Source: Bordetella parapertussis | Lineage (GTDB): Bacteria; Pseudomonadota; Gammaproteobacteria; Burkholderiales; SG8-39 | DNA length: 64,000 nucleotides | NCBI GenBank assembly: GCA_945892985.1 | Contig: CAMDDU010000004.1 | Coordinates: 9,910 to 73,909, forward strand | Reading direction: 5' to 3' | In this document: positions 26,343 through 35,374 of the stretch, piece by piece | Numbering within the stretch: the stretch's first letter is position 1 | Layout of the letters: each line of letters starts with the position of its first letter | Program-made: the position numbers and the translations under genes | The notes under the pieces: generated by a model | Seen by the model: the letters and a program-made list of their open reading frames with translations, nothing else | What the model was told of the DNA's origin: nothing | Database searches by the model: none

Positions 26343-28196
26343 ATGAAGACGCCTGATCAACGCGCCTTGGCAGGATTTATCCACGACAGTGTGGCCATGC
26401 TGCTCGCATGCTTGCTCGCCAATTGGATCTGGCTCAATCTTCAAGGCGGTTCGCATGCTGGCCCGCAGGGCGGATCGCTTTGGATTGTGCCGATACAAAT
26501 GCTGGTGTTCTGGCGCATGCGCCTGCACCAGGTGATCTGGCGATACTTTGGCATTCCCGATTTCAGCCGGCTACTAAAGGCCTGCGCCATTTCGGCGGCA
26601 ATCTGCATTGTGATTGCCCTGGCAGTCGGTCTTCCGAATGCATCGGGGGTCGGGGGCGCGTCCATCGTCGCACTTGACAGCCTGTTACTGCTTTTTCTGA
26701 CCGGCACCGGCAGACTGGCCTTTCGCCTCTGGAAGGAGTCTTCACATCCGGCCGGGAACACCACCGTGCAAAAGCCGGTTTTGATCTTGGGCGCCGGAGA
26801 CGCTGGTGCCGACCTCCTCAAGCACCTGGCCCGCAGCAGGGAGTGGCGGGTTGCCGGCCTGCTCGATGACAACGCCGCCAAGCATGGCCGGCAAATCCAG
26901 GGCTGCCCTGTGCTCGGTTCGCTAGCTTCGCTCCCGCGGTTTGCAATGCAGTTGTCGATCACCCAGGCCATCATCGCCCTCCCCGGGCAATCGCACGCCG
27001 CGCGGCGTCGGGCGATGGACCTCTGCACCCAGGCCGGGGTGGCGGTGATGACAGTGCCTTCCTACGATGACATCATGAACGGGAAAATAACCGTCTCGCA
27101 AATTCGCAAGGTCGAGTTGGACGACCTGCTCGGGCGCGATCCGGTGATCCTCGACGGCGCGGGGCTGCGCGAGTGGATCAGTGGCCGCACAGTGATGGTC
27201 ACAGGAGCCGGCGGCTCGATCGGATCGGAACTGTGCCGCCAAATTGCACGCTTCGCACCATCTACCCTGGTGTTGCTCGATGCGAGTGAACTCGCACTCT
27301 ACACCCTCGAGCAGGAGTTCGTTCGCAACCATCCCGAGCAACATATTGCCTGCGTCATTGGCGACGTGAAAGATGGAACACGCCTTGCGGCGCTCATGCG
27401 CCGCTTCCAACCAGCGGTGGTTTTCCACGCCGCCGCCTACAAGCATGTGCCGCTAATGGAGGAACTCAATGCCTGGGAGGCGGTGCGAAACAACGTTGCC
27501 GGCACGCTTGCGGTGGCGCGCGCGGCGATTGAAAACGGCGTCGAGAAATTTGTACTGATCTCCACCGACAAAGCGGTCAACCCGACCAATGTGATGGGCG
27601 CTTCCAAACGCCTCGCGGAGTTGGTGTGCCACAGTCTCAATACCCAGGCGACGCGGTTTGTGGTGGTGCGCTTTGGCAACGTCCTGGGTTCCACCGGCAG
27701 CGTCATCCCAAAATTTCGTGAGCAAATCGCCCGTGGCGGACCGATCACCGTCACGCACCCGGAAATCACACGCTACTTCATGTCCATCCCGGAAGCGGCG
27801 CAACTCGTGCTGCAGGCCGGCTTGATGGGCCAAGGCGGCGAGATTTTTGTTTTGGACATGGGTGATGCGGTGAAGATAGTAGATCTTGCACGCGACCTGA
27901 TCCGGCTATCGGGCTTTGGTGAACAGGACATCCGCATCGAATTCACCGGCCTGCGCGCCGGTGAAAAGTTGTATGAAGAATTACTCGCAGACAGCGAACA
28001 AACCCTGCCAACCCCGCATCCGAAGTTGCGTATCGCCAAGACCAACACCCATCCGGATACCGCGTGGCGCGATGAGCTGGCGCGTTGGCTTGGAGAGCCT
28101 GCATCGCCCTCCGATGACCTGGTGCGCGCGAGACTGAAGGTCCTGGTGCCGGAGTACGCTCCGACTAACTCTGGGACAAACACCCTACCCGGGTAA
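26343..28196 (+). CDS. Membrane-anchored nucleotide-sugar 4,6-dehydratase (CapD/WbpM/PglF family)
   Basis: N-terminal TM helices, a first Rossmann-like region (VLILGAGDAGADL), then the catalytic SDR part: VMVTGAGGSIGSEL, FHAAAYKHVP, ISTDKAVNPTNVMGASKR. Confidence 0.85.
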   Translation: MKTPDQRALAGFIHDSVAMLLACLLANWIWLNLQGGSHAGPQGGSLWIVPIQMLVFWRMRLHQVIWRYFGIPDFSRLLKACAISAAICIVIALAVGLPNASGVGGASIVALDSLLLLFLTGTGRLAFRLWKESSHPAGNTTVQKPVLILGAGDAGADLLKHLARSREWRVAGLLDDNAAKHGRQIQGCPVLGSLASLPRFAMQLSITQAIIALPGQSHAARRRAMDLCTQAGVAVMTVPSYDDIMNGKITVSQIRKVELDDLLGRDPVILDGAGLREWISGRTVMVTGAGGSIGSELCRQIARFAPSTLVLLDASELALYTLEQEFVRNHPEQHIACVIGDVKDGTRLAALMRRFQPAVVFHAAAYKHVPLMEELNAWEAVRNNVAGTLAVARAAIENGVEKFVLISTDKAVNPTNVMGASKRLAELVCHSLNTQATRFVVVRFGNVLGSTGSVIPKFREQIARGGPITVTHPEITRYFMSIPEAAQLVLQAGLMGQGGEIFVLDMGDAVKIVDLARDLIRLSGFGEQDIRIEFTGLRAGEKLYEELLADSEQTLPTPHPKLRIAKTNTHPDTAWRDELARWLGEPASPSDDLVRARLKVLVPEYAPTNSGTNTLPG

Positions 28197-28339
28197 GTCC
28201 GCACCCTTGCATGATCACGAGCGAGTGCGACACGCGGATGTAAAGGTGATTTTTTTGTCACCAAAATAAACCTGAAATCCTTATCTGGCGCTGTTTTCCA
28301 ATTTTTAAAGTTAAAGATTTTAGAAAAATTTTCAAAAAA

Positions 28340-29374
28340 CTAAATGGCGTTCGCACCGGACAATGATTCCCACGCCGACACGACTTCATCGACCGCGATA
28401 TCCCGGACATCGTGGCTTGGCGTCTGCAGCAACCGATGGGGCACGCCCCACGGATGCCATAACTCGGACCGTTCGCTGCCGAACAGACTGACGACCGGTT
28501 TGCCCAGTCCGGCAGCCAGATGGACCGGGCCGCCATCACTGCAAATCACCTGATCGCAAAGGGCAAGTCCGGCGATCAGTTCATCTAAGCCTGAAGTTGG
28601 CAAGGCCAGCAGGTTTTCGCCCGCACATGCTGCGGCGATCTCCGCTGCGCTGGTGTCATCCCCGGGGAACAGCGAATTTTCGCCGCCGCCGGGCGCCCAA
28701 CTCAAGAGGATGCGCGCCGCATGCTTATCCCTGAGGCGGCGTATCAAGTCGATGAAGTGGACGTCGGGCCAGCGCCGGTCCGCTTCCCGTGCGCTGATGT
28801 GTACGCCAACCAGCGGCCCACCACCACCAGGCAGCCGTTGCCGCCAGGCTTGGAGCAGCACCGGATCGGCAGTGAGTTTTAGCGGCGGCGGCGGTCCGTT
28901 CACCCCCAGCACCTGCAGCAGGCGAAACGTATTCTCCACCTGGTGCAGCATTCGACCCGATTGAATCGGCACAGCCATGTCAGCAAGACCGGATCCGTTG
29001 TCGAACCCAATGACATGTCTGGGTTTTACCCAACGGGCCAAGCGCTCGGCGCTGCGCTGGTAGCCCGGGGAGGCGAGGATCACGTAATCAATCCCGCGCT
29101 GGCGCAAGCCGAGCAGCATACGCAGGCGCTGCAGGTAGAGGCCCAGCACCGTCTCTCCCGGCAGACGATGCTTGCCTTTCTGGTAGCTGAATACCGCGTC
29201 CAGATCGGTATTGCCCGCCAGCACCGGTTCGGTGTAGCGGTTGACCAAGGCCGCTATCCATGCCTCCGGATAGCGCGCCCGCAACCCGGCGATCAAAGGC
29301 GTGGTGCATACCAGGTCACCGATGTTGTCGCGGCGGACAACCAGGAAACTCGGCCGCTTGGCGGCGGTCGTCAC
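28340..29374 (-). CDS. Glycosyltransferase family 9 (heptosyltransferase-like)
   Basis: FLVVRRDNIGDLVCTTPLIAGLRARYP.. and the C-terminal VICSDGGPVHLAAGLGKPVVSLFG. It is the last gene of the 16-gene minus operon. Confidence 0.8.
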   Translation of the reverse strand: MTTAAKRPSFLVVRRDNIGDLVCTTPLIAGLRARYPEAWIAALVNRYTEPVLAGNTDLDAVFSYQKGKHRLPGETVLGLYLQRLRMLLGLRQRGIDYVILASPGYQRSAERLARWVKPRHVIGFDNGSGLADMAVPIQSGRMLHQVENTFRLLQVLGVNGPPPPLKLTADPVLLQAWRQRLPGGGGPLVGVHISAREADRRWPDVHFIDLIRRLRDKHAARILLSWAPGGGENSLFPGDDTSAAEIAAACAGENLLALPTSGLDELIAGLALCDQVICSDGGPVHLAAGLGKPVVSLFGSERSELWHPWGVPHRLLQTPSHDVRDIAVDEVVSAWESLSGANAI

Positions 29375-30489
29375 GCCCCCGACTCCAGCGCTTTTAGCAT
29401 TGCAGCCAGTTTTTCCGCGCGGGCAGCCCAGGTGTAATCGCGCGCTTTTTCGCGCAAGCTGGCACCCAACCGTCGCGCCCGCTCCGGGTCTTTAACCAGT
29501 GTGCTAATGGCCGCCGCGAGAGCGCTCGGATCCCCGGCGCGTGTCCATATGGCGTCCTCCTCGGACAGCACGTCATGCAGGGCGGGCAAATCACTTGCCA
29601 CCACCGCGCATCCCGCCGCCATGTATTCAAACAGCTTGATCGGCGAGGTGAAGCGGCTGTCGGGTTCGTCACGATTGGGCAAAACGGCAATGCAGGCCGA
29701 TTGCAGGGCCAACGCGACCTGTGCATGCGGCAAATGCCCAAGAAACTCCAATTTCGCCCCACCGGAAGATGCGACAGCCCGTAGCCGCGCCACCTGTTCC
29801 GCATTGCCGCCGATGATGCTGATGCGACACCCGGCCAGCGTCGCCGCAGCCTTGACGAGGTCATCGACCCCCTTCCAGCCAAACAAGCTCCCGGCGTAAA
29901 TGATGTTCAAACCCGCCGACCGCCAATCTTTGTCCGGAAGCGTCTCCGGCCAGTCGACGCCGTTTGCCAGCACTTGCACGCTGCGCCCACCGTGGAGCGC
30001 CGCCAATCTCGCCGCGGTGGCCGCAGAATTGGCGATCACCAGCGCGGCACCGCGCATAACCTGGGCCTCCATTCCAAAATTGGCGGCACACCGGCTCTGC
30101 GCACCCGTGTCACTAAACACCTCGTGCGCTTCGTATACAAGCTTTATTGCCGGATTGCGCCGAAGCAGCATTGCCGCGAGCTTGAGGTGCCGCACAAAAA
30201 TGATGGCATCCGGGCTTGCGGCAATACGGCGAACCAGCCGGGAGAAAAACAAACGGTTGGAATGCACGCGCCCCAAGGGCCAGGGCAGTGACCGCGAAAG
30301 CGGCGTCAGGGTCAGGCTGGCTGGCGCCCGCAATCCATAAAACTCAATTGGATGTACGCCAGCAACAGGAACATAGGCAAGTTCCACCCGCATTCCCATG
30401 CGCGCGAGGTCGGTGACAACATGCGCGACTTGCACGCCTCGCGCCCGATCCAGGGGAAGCGGCTCAGGGAAGGCGTAGAGCAGGGTCAC
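29371..30489 (-). CDS. Glycosyltransferase family 4 (GT-B)
   Basis: SPIKLFEYMAAGCAVVASDLPALHDVL (E-x7-E-like region) and a GT-B layout. 4-nt overlaps with both neighbouring genes. Confidence 0.75.
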   Translation of the reverse strand: MTLLYAFPEPLPLDRARGVQVAHVVTDLARMGMRVELAYVPVAGVHPIEFYGLRAPASLTLTPLSRSLPWPLGRVHSNRLFFSRLVRRIAASPDAIIFVRHLKLAAMLLRRNPAIKLVYEAHEVFSDTGAQSRCAANFGMEAQVMRGAALVIANSAATAARLAALHGGRSVQVLANGVDWPETLPDKDWRSAGLNIIYAGSLFGWKGVDDLVKAAATLAGCRISIIGGNAEQVARLRAVASSGGAKLEFLGHLPHAQVALALQSACIAVLPNRDEPDSRFTSPIKLFEYMAAGCAVVASDLPALHDVLSEEDAIWTRAGDPSALAAAISTLVKDPERARRLGASLREKARDYTWAARAEKLAAMLKALESGA

Positions 30490-31241
30490 GTCGTCTTCTT
30501 ACCCTCGATGATGATGCAATCGCCGAACAACATCTCCTCCGAAGAGGCGCCATGGTCGGGAAATTCCCGTCTCTTGATGTTGTAGCGAATGACGCGGGCG
30601 ATCAAATTCTCAAAAAAACGCTTGATCCACTGCGGTTTGTAAAAGAACGCGTTGGTGTTAACACGTTCGATACTCACGCCGCCGATCATGAGGAAATAGT
30701 TCAACTGCCAGAAGTAAATTGGACTGATATGCGCATCGTCAACGGCTTGATCCATGACCTTCGAGGGCTGTTGCATCAAGGGCTTGAAACGCGGGAAATA
30801 TCCGGAGGCGAGGTATTTAATCCGGGCATCCACTGAAAATGTATTAGGCGTGCTGATGTACAAGCGGCCGCCAGGTTTCAGCACCCGGCACAACTCGCTG
30901 GTAAAAGTCCAGGGGTTATGGAAATGCTCGATGCCTTCGATGCTGAACACGTAGTCAAAGTAGCCATCCGGGTAGGGCAGCGGCTTGATGACATCATGCT
31001 GCTGAAATCTGACGCGCTCGTCCTTCAGCACAAATGCTTCGGCGTTAATGTCGAGACAGTGAATATCGCTGTACCCGAGCTTGACCAGTTCCTGGGCAAA
31101 TGCACCGTGCCCTGCCGGCACATCGAGAATACGCCCCTTGGGTGCGCCCTCAAATAATTTCAGCACCGCCGGATAGTGATCGTCCGTGGCAAGGGCGCGA
31201 ATCTTCTGGTCAGCAGTGTTGTTCATGGATGAGCAAGCCAA
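30486..31241 (-). CDS. Class I SAM-dependent methyltransferase
   Basis: RILDVPAGHGAFAQELVKLGYSDIHCLDIN (motif I) and YVFSIEGIEHF..LKPGGRLYIS. Confidence 0.8.
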   Translation of the reverse strand: MACSSMNNTADQKIRALATDDHYPAVLKLFEGAPKGRILDVPAGHGAFAQELVKLGYSDIHCLDINAEAFVLKDERVRFQQHDVIKPLPYPDGYFDYVFSIEGIEHFHNPWTFTSELCRVLKPGGRLYISTPNTFSVDARIKYLASGYFPRFKPLMQQPSKVMDQAVDDAHISPIYFWQLNYFLMIGGVSIERVNTNAFFYKPQWIKRFFENLIARVIRYNIKRREFPDHGASSEEMLFGDCIIIEGKKTT

Positions 31242-32962
31242 AAGGGTCCGATTGCAAGACAGTCAACACGCTTTTCAGTAAAAGCGCGGATCGCCTCAAC
31301 AGGGGCGCAGACAATGGGTTCTTCATGCACATTGAAGCTTGTGTTGAGTACGAGTGGAATTCCAGACAGCGCATGGTAAGCCGCTATCAAGCGGTGATAG
31401 AGCGGATTGACCTCGGCCCGAACCAGTTGCGGCCTTGCCGTCCCATCCACATGCACAACAGCGGGGATGCGCGATATCCATTCCTTGCGCACATCAAAAG
31501 TCATGGTCATGAATTCGGCCGTATGCCGGGCTTTTTCGACATTCTCGAACACCTCGTCGGCACGCTCGGCCAGCACACTGGGCGCAAAAGGCATGAATTC
31601 AGACCTATCCAGTCGGTCGTTAAGCCAGTTGTTAATGGCCGACTCCGTGGGACGCGCCAGCATGGAGCGATTACCCAATGCGCGCGGGCCAAACTCCATC
31701 CGGCCCTGAAACCATCCGACGATGCGGCCATCGTGGATGGCTTTCGCCGCGAGCGCCACAAGCGCCGTCTCATCGTGCCGCTCAGCCACCAGATTCACGT
31801 CGCTCAGCGCTGCGAGTATCTGCGTATCATCGAACGCGGGCCCCCAATAGACATCGTGCAGGGGCGTGGTATGTCGCATGCTTGCCGGATCGCGGCGCGC
31901 CAACTCAAGCAACACTGCACCAACACAATTCCCGGTATCGCTCATCGCCGGGAATACAAAAATACTGTCGACCTCAGGTAGGGCCGCGATACGCTGATTG
32001 AGCTTCACGTTGGCAAACACGCCGCCGTTCAGGGCGATACGGCGCTGTCCTGTGGCCGCAAGATAATTACGTACCATCTGTACCACGACATCCTCCAGCA
32101 CCCGCTGCGCCGCCGCAGAAATGTTTTCACGACTATGCCCTTTGATGGCTTGCTCAAGAAAGGCGTAGCGCCGTGTCTCTGCGTCGGGTGAACCCGCAAA
32201 TTCCGAATCCAGGCACTGCCCGTCTGGCGACAGTTTCAGCGCGCGCTTGAACGCCTCGTAAAGTGGCGCCGGGTCGCCAAGGGCGGCAAGTCCAACCACC
32301 TTGCCTTCATGGCGCATGACGCGAAATCCCAGCAATTCGGTGATAAAGCCGTAGAAGGCTCCCGCAGAAGCGCCAAAGGCATCGGTACTAAATTCTCGCT
32401 CGTAGCGGCCATCGCGCCAAATCCCGGATGTATGGCTGATATTGCAGTCGCCGTTACCGTCCATGGTAATGACGGCGCACTCCTTAAAGCCCGAATAATA
32501 GGCGGCGGGCAGGGCATGCGAATAGTGGTGGTCAAAAAACACCGTCGACGCGCCGCCAAATCCCTCTGCTTTGAGGAATTTCTTTTCGAGAAAATGATCG
32601 TCGAAGGATTTTCCGCGCGACTCAAGGCGTTCAAGAAAATTGCCCGAATGCATTTGCGGGCGCGGGCCGCCGGCATTACGCCGGCGCGCCCTGTGGATGC
32701 GTCGCTCGATTTCTTTGTACCAAGTCTCCCGGACAAAATATTCTTCCGGAAAAAACGTATAGAGCAGAGCCAGGCGTTCGACTTCTTCGCGTTTGTGTCC
32801 GGCAAGGCGCAATACTTCGTCAATCGCAAGATCAGACAACTTGCCGCCGTCATTCTTGATCCGGGAAAGACGTTCATCCGAAACGGCCGCGAGCAGCCGC
32901 CCGTCCTCAAACAATACGGCCGAGGATTCATGTCCTGTCTGCAAACCAAGAATCAAAGACAA
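31223..32962 (-). CDS. Carbamoyltransferase (NodU/CmcH family)
   Basis: MSLILGLQTGHESSAVLFEDGRLLAAVSDERLSRIKNDGG.., DHHYSHA.., and the C-terminal LNTSFNVHEEPIVC. 579 aa. Its 3' end overlaps the methyltransferase start by 19 nt. Confidence 0.85.
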   Translation of the reverse strand: MSLILGLQTGHESSAVLFEDGRLLAAVSDERLSRIKNDGGKLSDLAIDEVLRLAGHKREEVERLALLYTFFPEEYFVRETWYKEIERRIHRARRRNAGGPRPQMHSGNFLERLESRGKSFDDHFLEKKFLKAEGFGGASTVFFDHHYSHALPAAYYSGFKECAVITMDGNGDCNISHTSGIWRDGRYEREFSTDAFGASAGAFYGFITELLGFRVMRHEGKVVGLAALGDPAPLYEAFKRALKLSPDGQCLDSEFAGSPDAETRRYAFLEQAIKGHSRENISAAAQRVLEDVVVQMVRNYLAATGQRRIALNGGVFANVKLNQRIAALPEVDSIFVFPAMSDTGNCVGAVLLELARRDPASMRHTTPLHDVYWGPAFDDTQILAALSDVNLVAERHDETALVALAAKAIHDGRIVGWFQGRMEFGPRALGNRSMLARPTESAINNWLNDRLDRSEFMPFAPSVLAERADEVFENVEKARHTAEFMTMTFDVRKEWISRIPAVVHVDGTARPQLVRAEVNPLYHRLIAAYHALSGIPLVLNTSFNVHEEPIVCAPVEAIRAFTEKRVDCLAIGPFWLAHP

Positions 32963-32973
32963 CTAGGAAGCCC

Positions 32974-34221
32974 TCATTGGGAAGAAGAGGCTGACGGAAC
33001 CGGCGGGCGGAGCAATTGAAGCAAGGCAGCCCCGATTCTGTCCAAGGAAAAATCGCCGGCCATGATGCGGGAACGGCCCTGCCACGTCAAGCGTAACGCC
33101 CTGTTTTGCAAGGCGGCAATTACTGCGGCGCGCAGCGCCGGCACATCGCTGGCGGGCACAACCGCGCCCGCTTCAAATTTGGTGATCCAGTCGGAAATCC
33201 CCGCCCCGTCGCTGGTCACCGTGGGCGTGCCAACTGCAGCCGCCTCGACCGTCACCATATTGAGCCCCTCACAAAGGGTCGGGTTGACATGCAGGTCGGC
33301 TGCGGCCAAGTGCTCGAAGACCGACTCGCCCTGCAGGGGGCCGGTGAAGCGCACGGTATGTTCCAGCCCGGCCGCCCGCAACACCGGCCAGACGCCCTGG
33401 GCTAACCACGGATCATCGGGGCCGCACATCAGCCAGCAACTCCCCGGAACCGCGGCAACAATTCCCGCCCACGCCGCAGCCAGATCCTGCAAGCCCTTAC
33501 CCTTGTGATTGCCGCTCAGGCTAACCACCAGCGGGGCTTCAGGAGCAATGCCATGACGCTTTCTGACTGACTCACTGACCGAAGCCCGCCTGGTGAAAAT
33601 GGCGTCCAAAACCGGCATCGGTACGACCAATTGAATGGGCAGTAAAGCGATGCGTGATTGATCCGCCCCCTCCCGGATAAGAATGCGCTCCAGGGAGTCG
33701 CACAAGGCGCGCATGACATCAATGCCCGGGAAGGAATTGCGCAGCAACCAGGTCACCATGGGAGTGCGACGTTTGCCCACCCCGGCCTCGGGGCAGTCGA
33801 GAATATCGCCGCCGATATAGCTTGCGACAAGGTGGGTATGAATCAAGCCCAATCGCTTCAGAAAGGCCGCGGGAATGGCGTAGGTAAACCCATCGCTACA
33901 GACCAGTACGTCCGGCTTGAAATGCCGTATTGCCTCGTAAATAACCCACATGCGATGAACCAGATTGCGGCCCTCGAACGCGCGGCGAAAGATGCGGTCC
34001 GGCAGCCACGTCAGCAGTCGCTCCCAACCGCGTCGCGGGTCATACCACAGGGTCGAAATGCCGTCCCCCGCCTCCCGGTAATGGTCTTCAAGCTGTCGCT
34101 TTCCCCGCGCCAGGCCGCGGCGCTCCTCGAGCGCACACACCTCCTCACCCATCATTCGCAGCTTGACCAGCATCGGATATTCGCCGGTCCACGCCTTGGG
34201 GTGCAGGTAAAGAATCCGCAT
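32974..34221 (-). CDS. Glycosyltransferase family 4 (GT-B)
   Basis: HVNPTLCEGLNMVTVEAAAVGTPTVTSDGAGISDW (E-x7-E), 415 aa. Confidence 0.75.
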   Translation of the reverse strand: MRILYLHPKAWTGEYPMLVKLRMMGEEVCALEERRGLARGKRQLEDHYREAGDGISTLWYDPRRGWERLLTWLPDRIFRRAFEGRNLVHRMWVIYEAIRHFKPDVLVCSDGFTYAIPAAFLKRLGLIHTHLVASYIGGDILDCPEAGVGKRRTPMVTWLLRNSFPGIDVMRALCDSLERILIREGADQSRIALLPIQLVVPMPVLDAIFTRRASVSESVRKRHGIAPEAPLVVSLSGNHKGKGLQDLAAAWAGIVAAVPGSCWLMCGPDDPWLAQGVWPVLRAAGLEHTVRFTGPLQGESVFEHLAAADLHVNPTLCEGLNMVTVEAAAVGTPTVTSDGAGISDWITKFEAGAVVPASDVPALRAAVIAALQNRALRLTWQGRSRIMAGDFSLDRIGAALLQLLRPPVPSASSSQ

Positions 34222-34224
34222 GCT

Positions 34225-35361
34225 TTAGCCCCGAACCTGAGCCAGCGCCAGCGCCACACGCTCGCCAAATGCGCGGCGCGAAAACCGCTCGAGATGGGTA
34301 ATCGCCCTTCGCGGCTCAGGTCTTGCCGCAGCGTGGGCAAGCCGATCCAATAGCCGATCAAACGCCAGGCCGTTGTCAGCACGCGGGTCTTCGAACAGCC
34401 AGCCCGTTTCACCATCCACCACCGTCTCCGTGAAAGGGGGTGCATTCACCGCCAAAACCGGCGTGCCGCAACTTTGTGCCTCAATCAGATTCAAGCCCAA
34501 GGCCTCTTTTTCCGGCAATCCCGACAGCACATAGTCCAATTGGCCATAAACCGCCCCGACATCGCTTTGCTGCCCCCAAAAACGCACCTGCTTGCGCGCC
34601 GGAGCGAGCGCACGGCGAAGGTCGCGCACCGACGCATACCCGCCGCTGCCGAAAATTTCCAAATTGACAGTTGGATGCTTGGCCAGGATAGGGGCGAGTA
34701 TCGAGAACATCCTTGGAAACTGCTTTATTGGCGTCAGGCGCGACACAATACCCACGGTCAGGCCGGGGCGACGAGAAAACGCCGGTCTGGGCCGAAATAC
34801 ATCCACCAAAGGCGCAAGCACCCCCAACAAACGGTCCCGCAGCTTGCGCCGGTCCCAGTCGTAGGGGCTGGCCGCCCGGAGCGCCCCTGGCGCTTGCGGT
34901 GCACCTCCGGGACGCATGGCGAGGTCGGCAATACCGTACATCGGTTCTGGATAGACGTTGGCAAAGCCCTTTTTTTGGGCGCTATCCATGACGTGCCGTG
35001 ATACGGCAAAAAGCCGCTCATAGTGGGCAAATCCGGCGGGACTGCGTTCGTATAGCGGCATATGCACAAACCCGGTGAGCCGGTGCCGTTTTGCCAGTGT
35101 GGCGGCAAAATCAAGGCTTGCCGCTGTATGCGTAACAATCAGACTGCGGCTTGTTGGCAGCGCATTGAGTATATCCGTCTCGTTCGCAACCTCACGCAAG
35201 CGCACCCCCTGCATATTCAACTGACGCCAAAACGGGGCATCTTTGGCAACAAATAGTTCGACTTCCCAGCCGAGCGCGATCAGCGCTTCGCTGAAGAAGC
35301 GCGTGTAGACCTCGCCGCCGCCGAAGGTTTTTTGCAGGTTGATCTGGTAGCAGACTGGCAT
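34225..35361 (-). CDS. Glycosyltransferase family 4-like (GT-B)
   Basis: LSGLPEKEALGLNLIEAQSCGTPVLAVNAPPFTETVVDGETGWLF (E-x7-E). Confidence 0.75.
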   Translation of the reverse strand: MPVCYQINLQKTFGGGEVYTRFFSEALIALGWEVELFVAKDAPFWRQLNMQGVRLREVANETDILNALPTSRSLIVTHTAASLDFAATLAKRHRLTGFVHMPLYERSPAGFAHYERLFAVSRHVMDSAQKKGFANVYPEPMYGIADLAMRPGGAPQAPGALRAASPYDWDRRKLRDRLLGVLAPLVDVFRPRPAFSRRPGLTVGIVSRLTPIKQFPRMFSILAPILAKHPTVNLEIFGSGGYASVRDLRRALAPARKQVRFWGQQSDVGAVYGQLDYVLSGLPEKEALGLNLIEAQSCGTPVLAVNAPPFTETVVDGETGWLFEDPRADNGLAFDRLLDRLAHAAARPEPRRAITHLERFSRRAFGERVALALAQVRG

Positions 35362-35374
35362 CGTGTCTCAGCGT

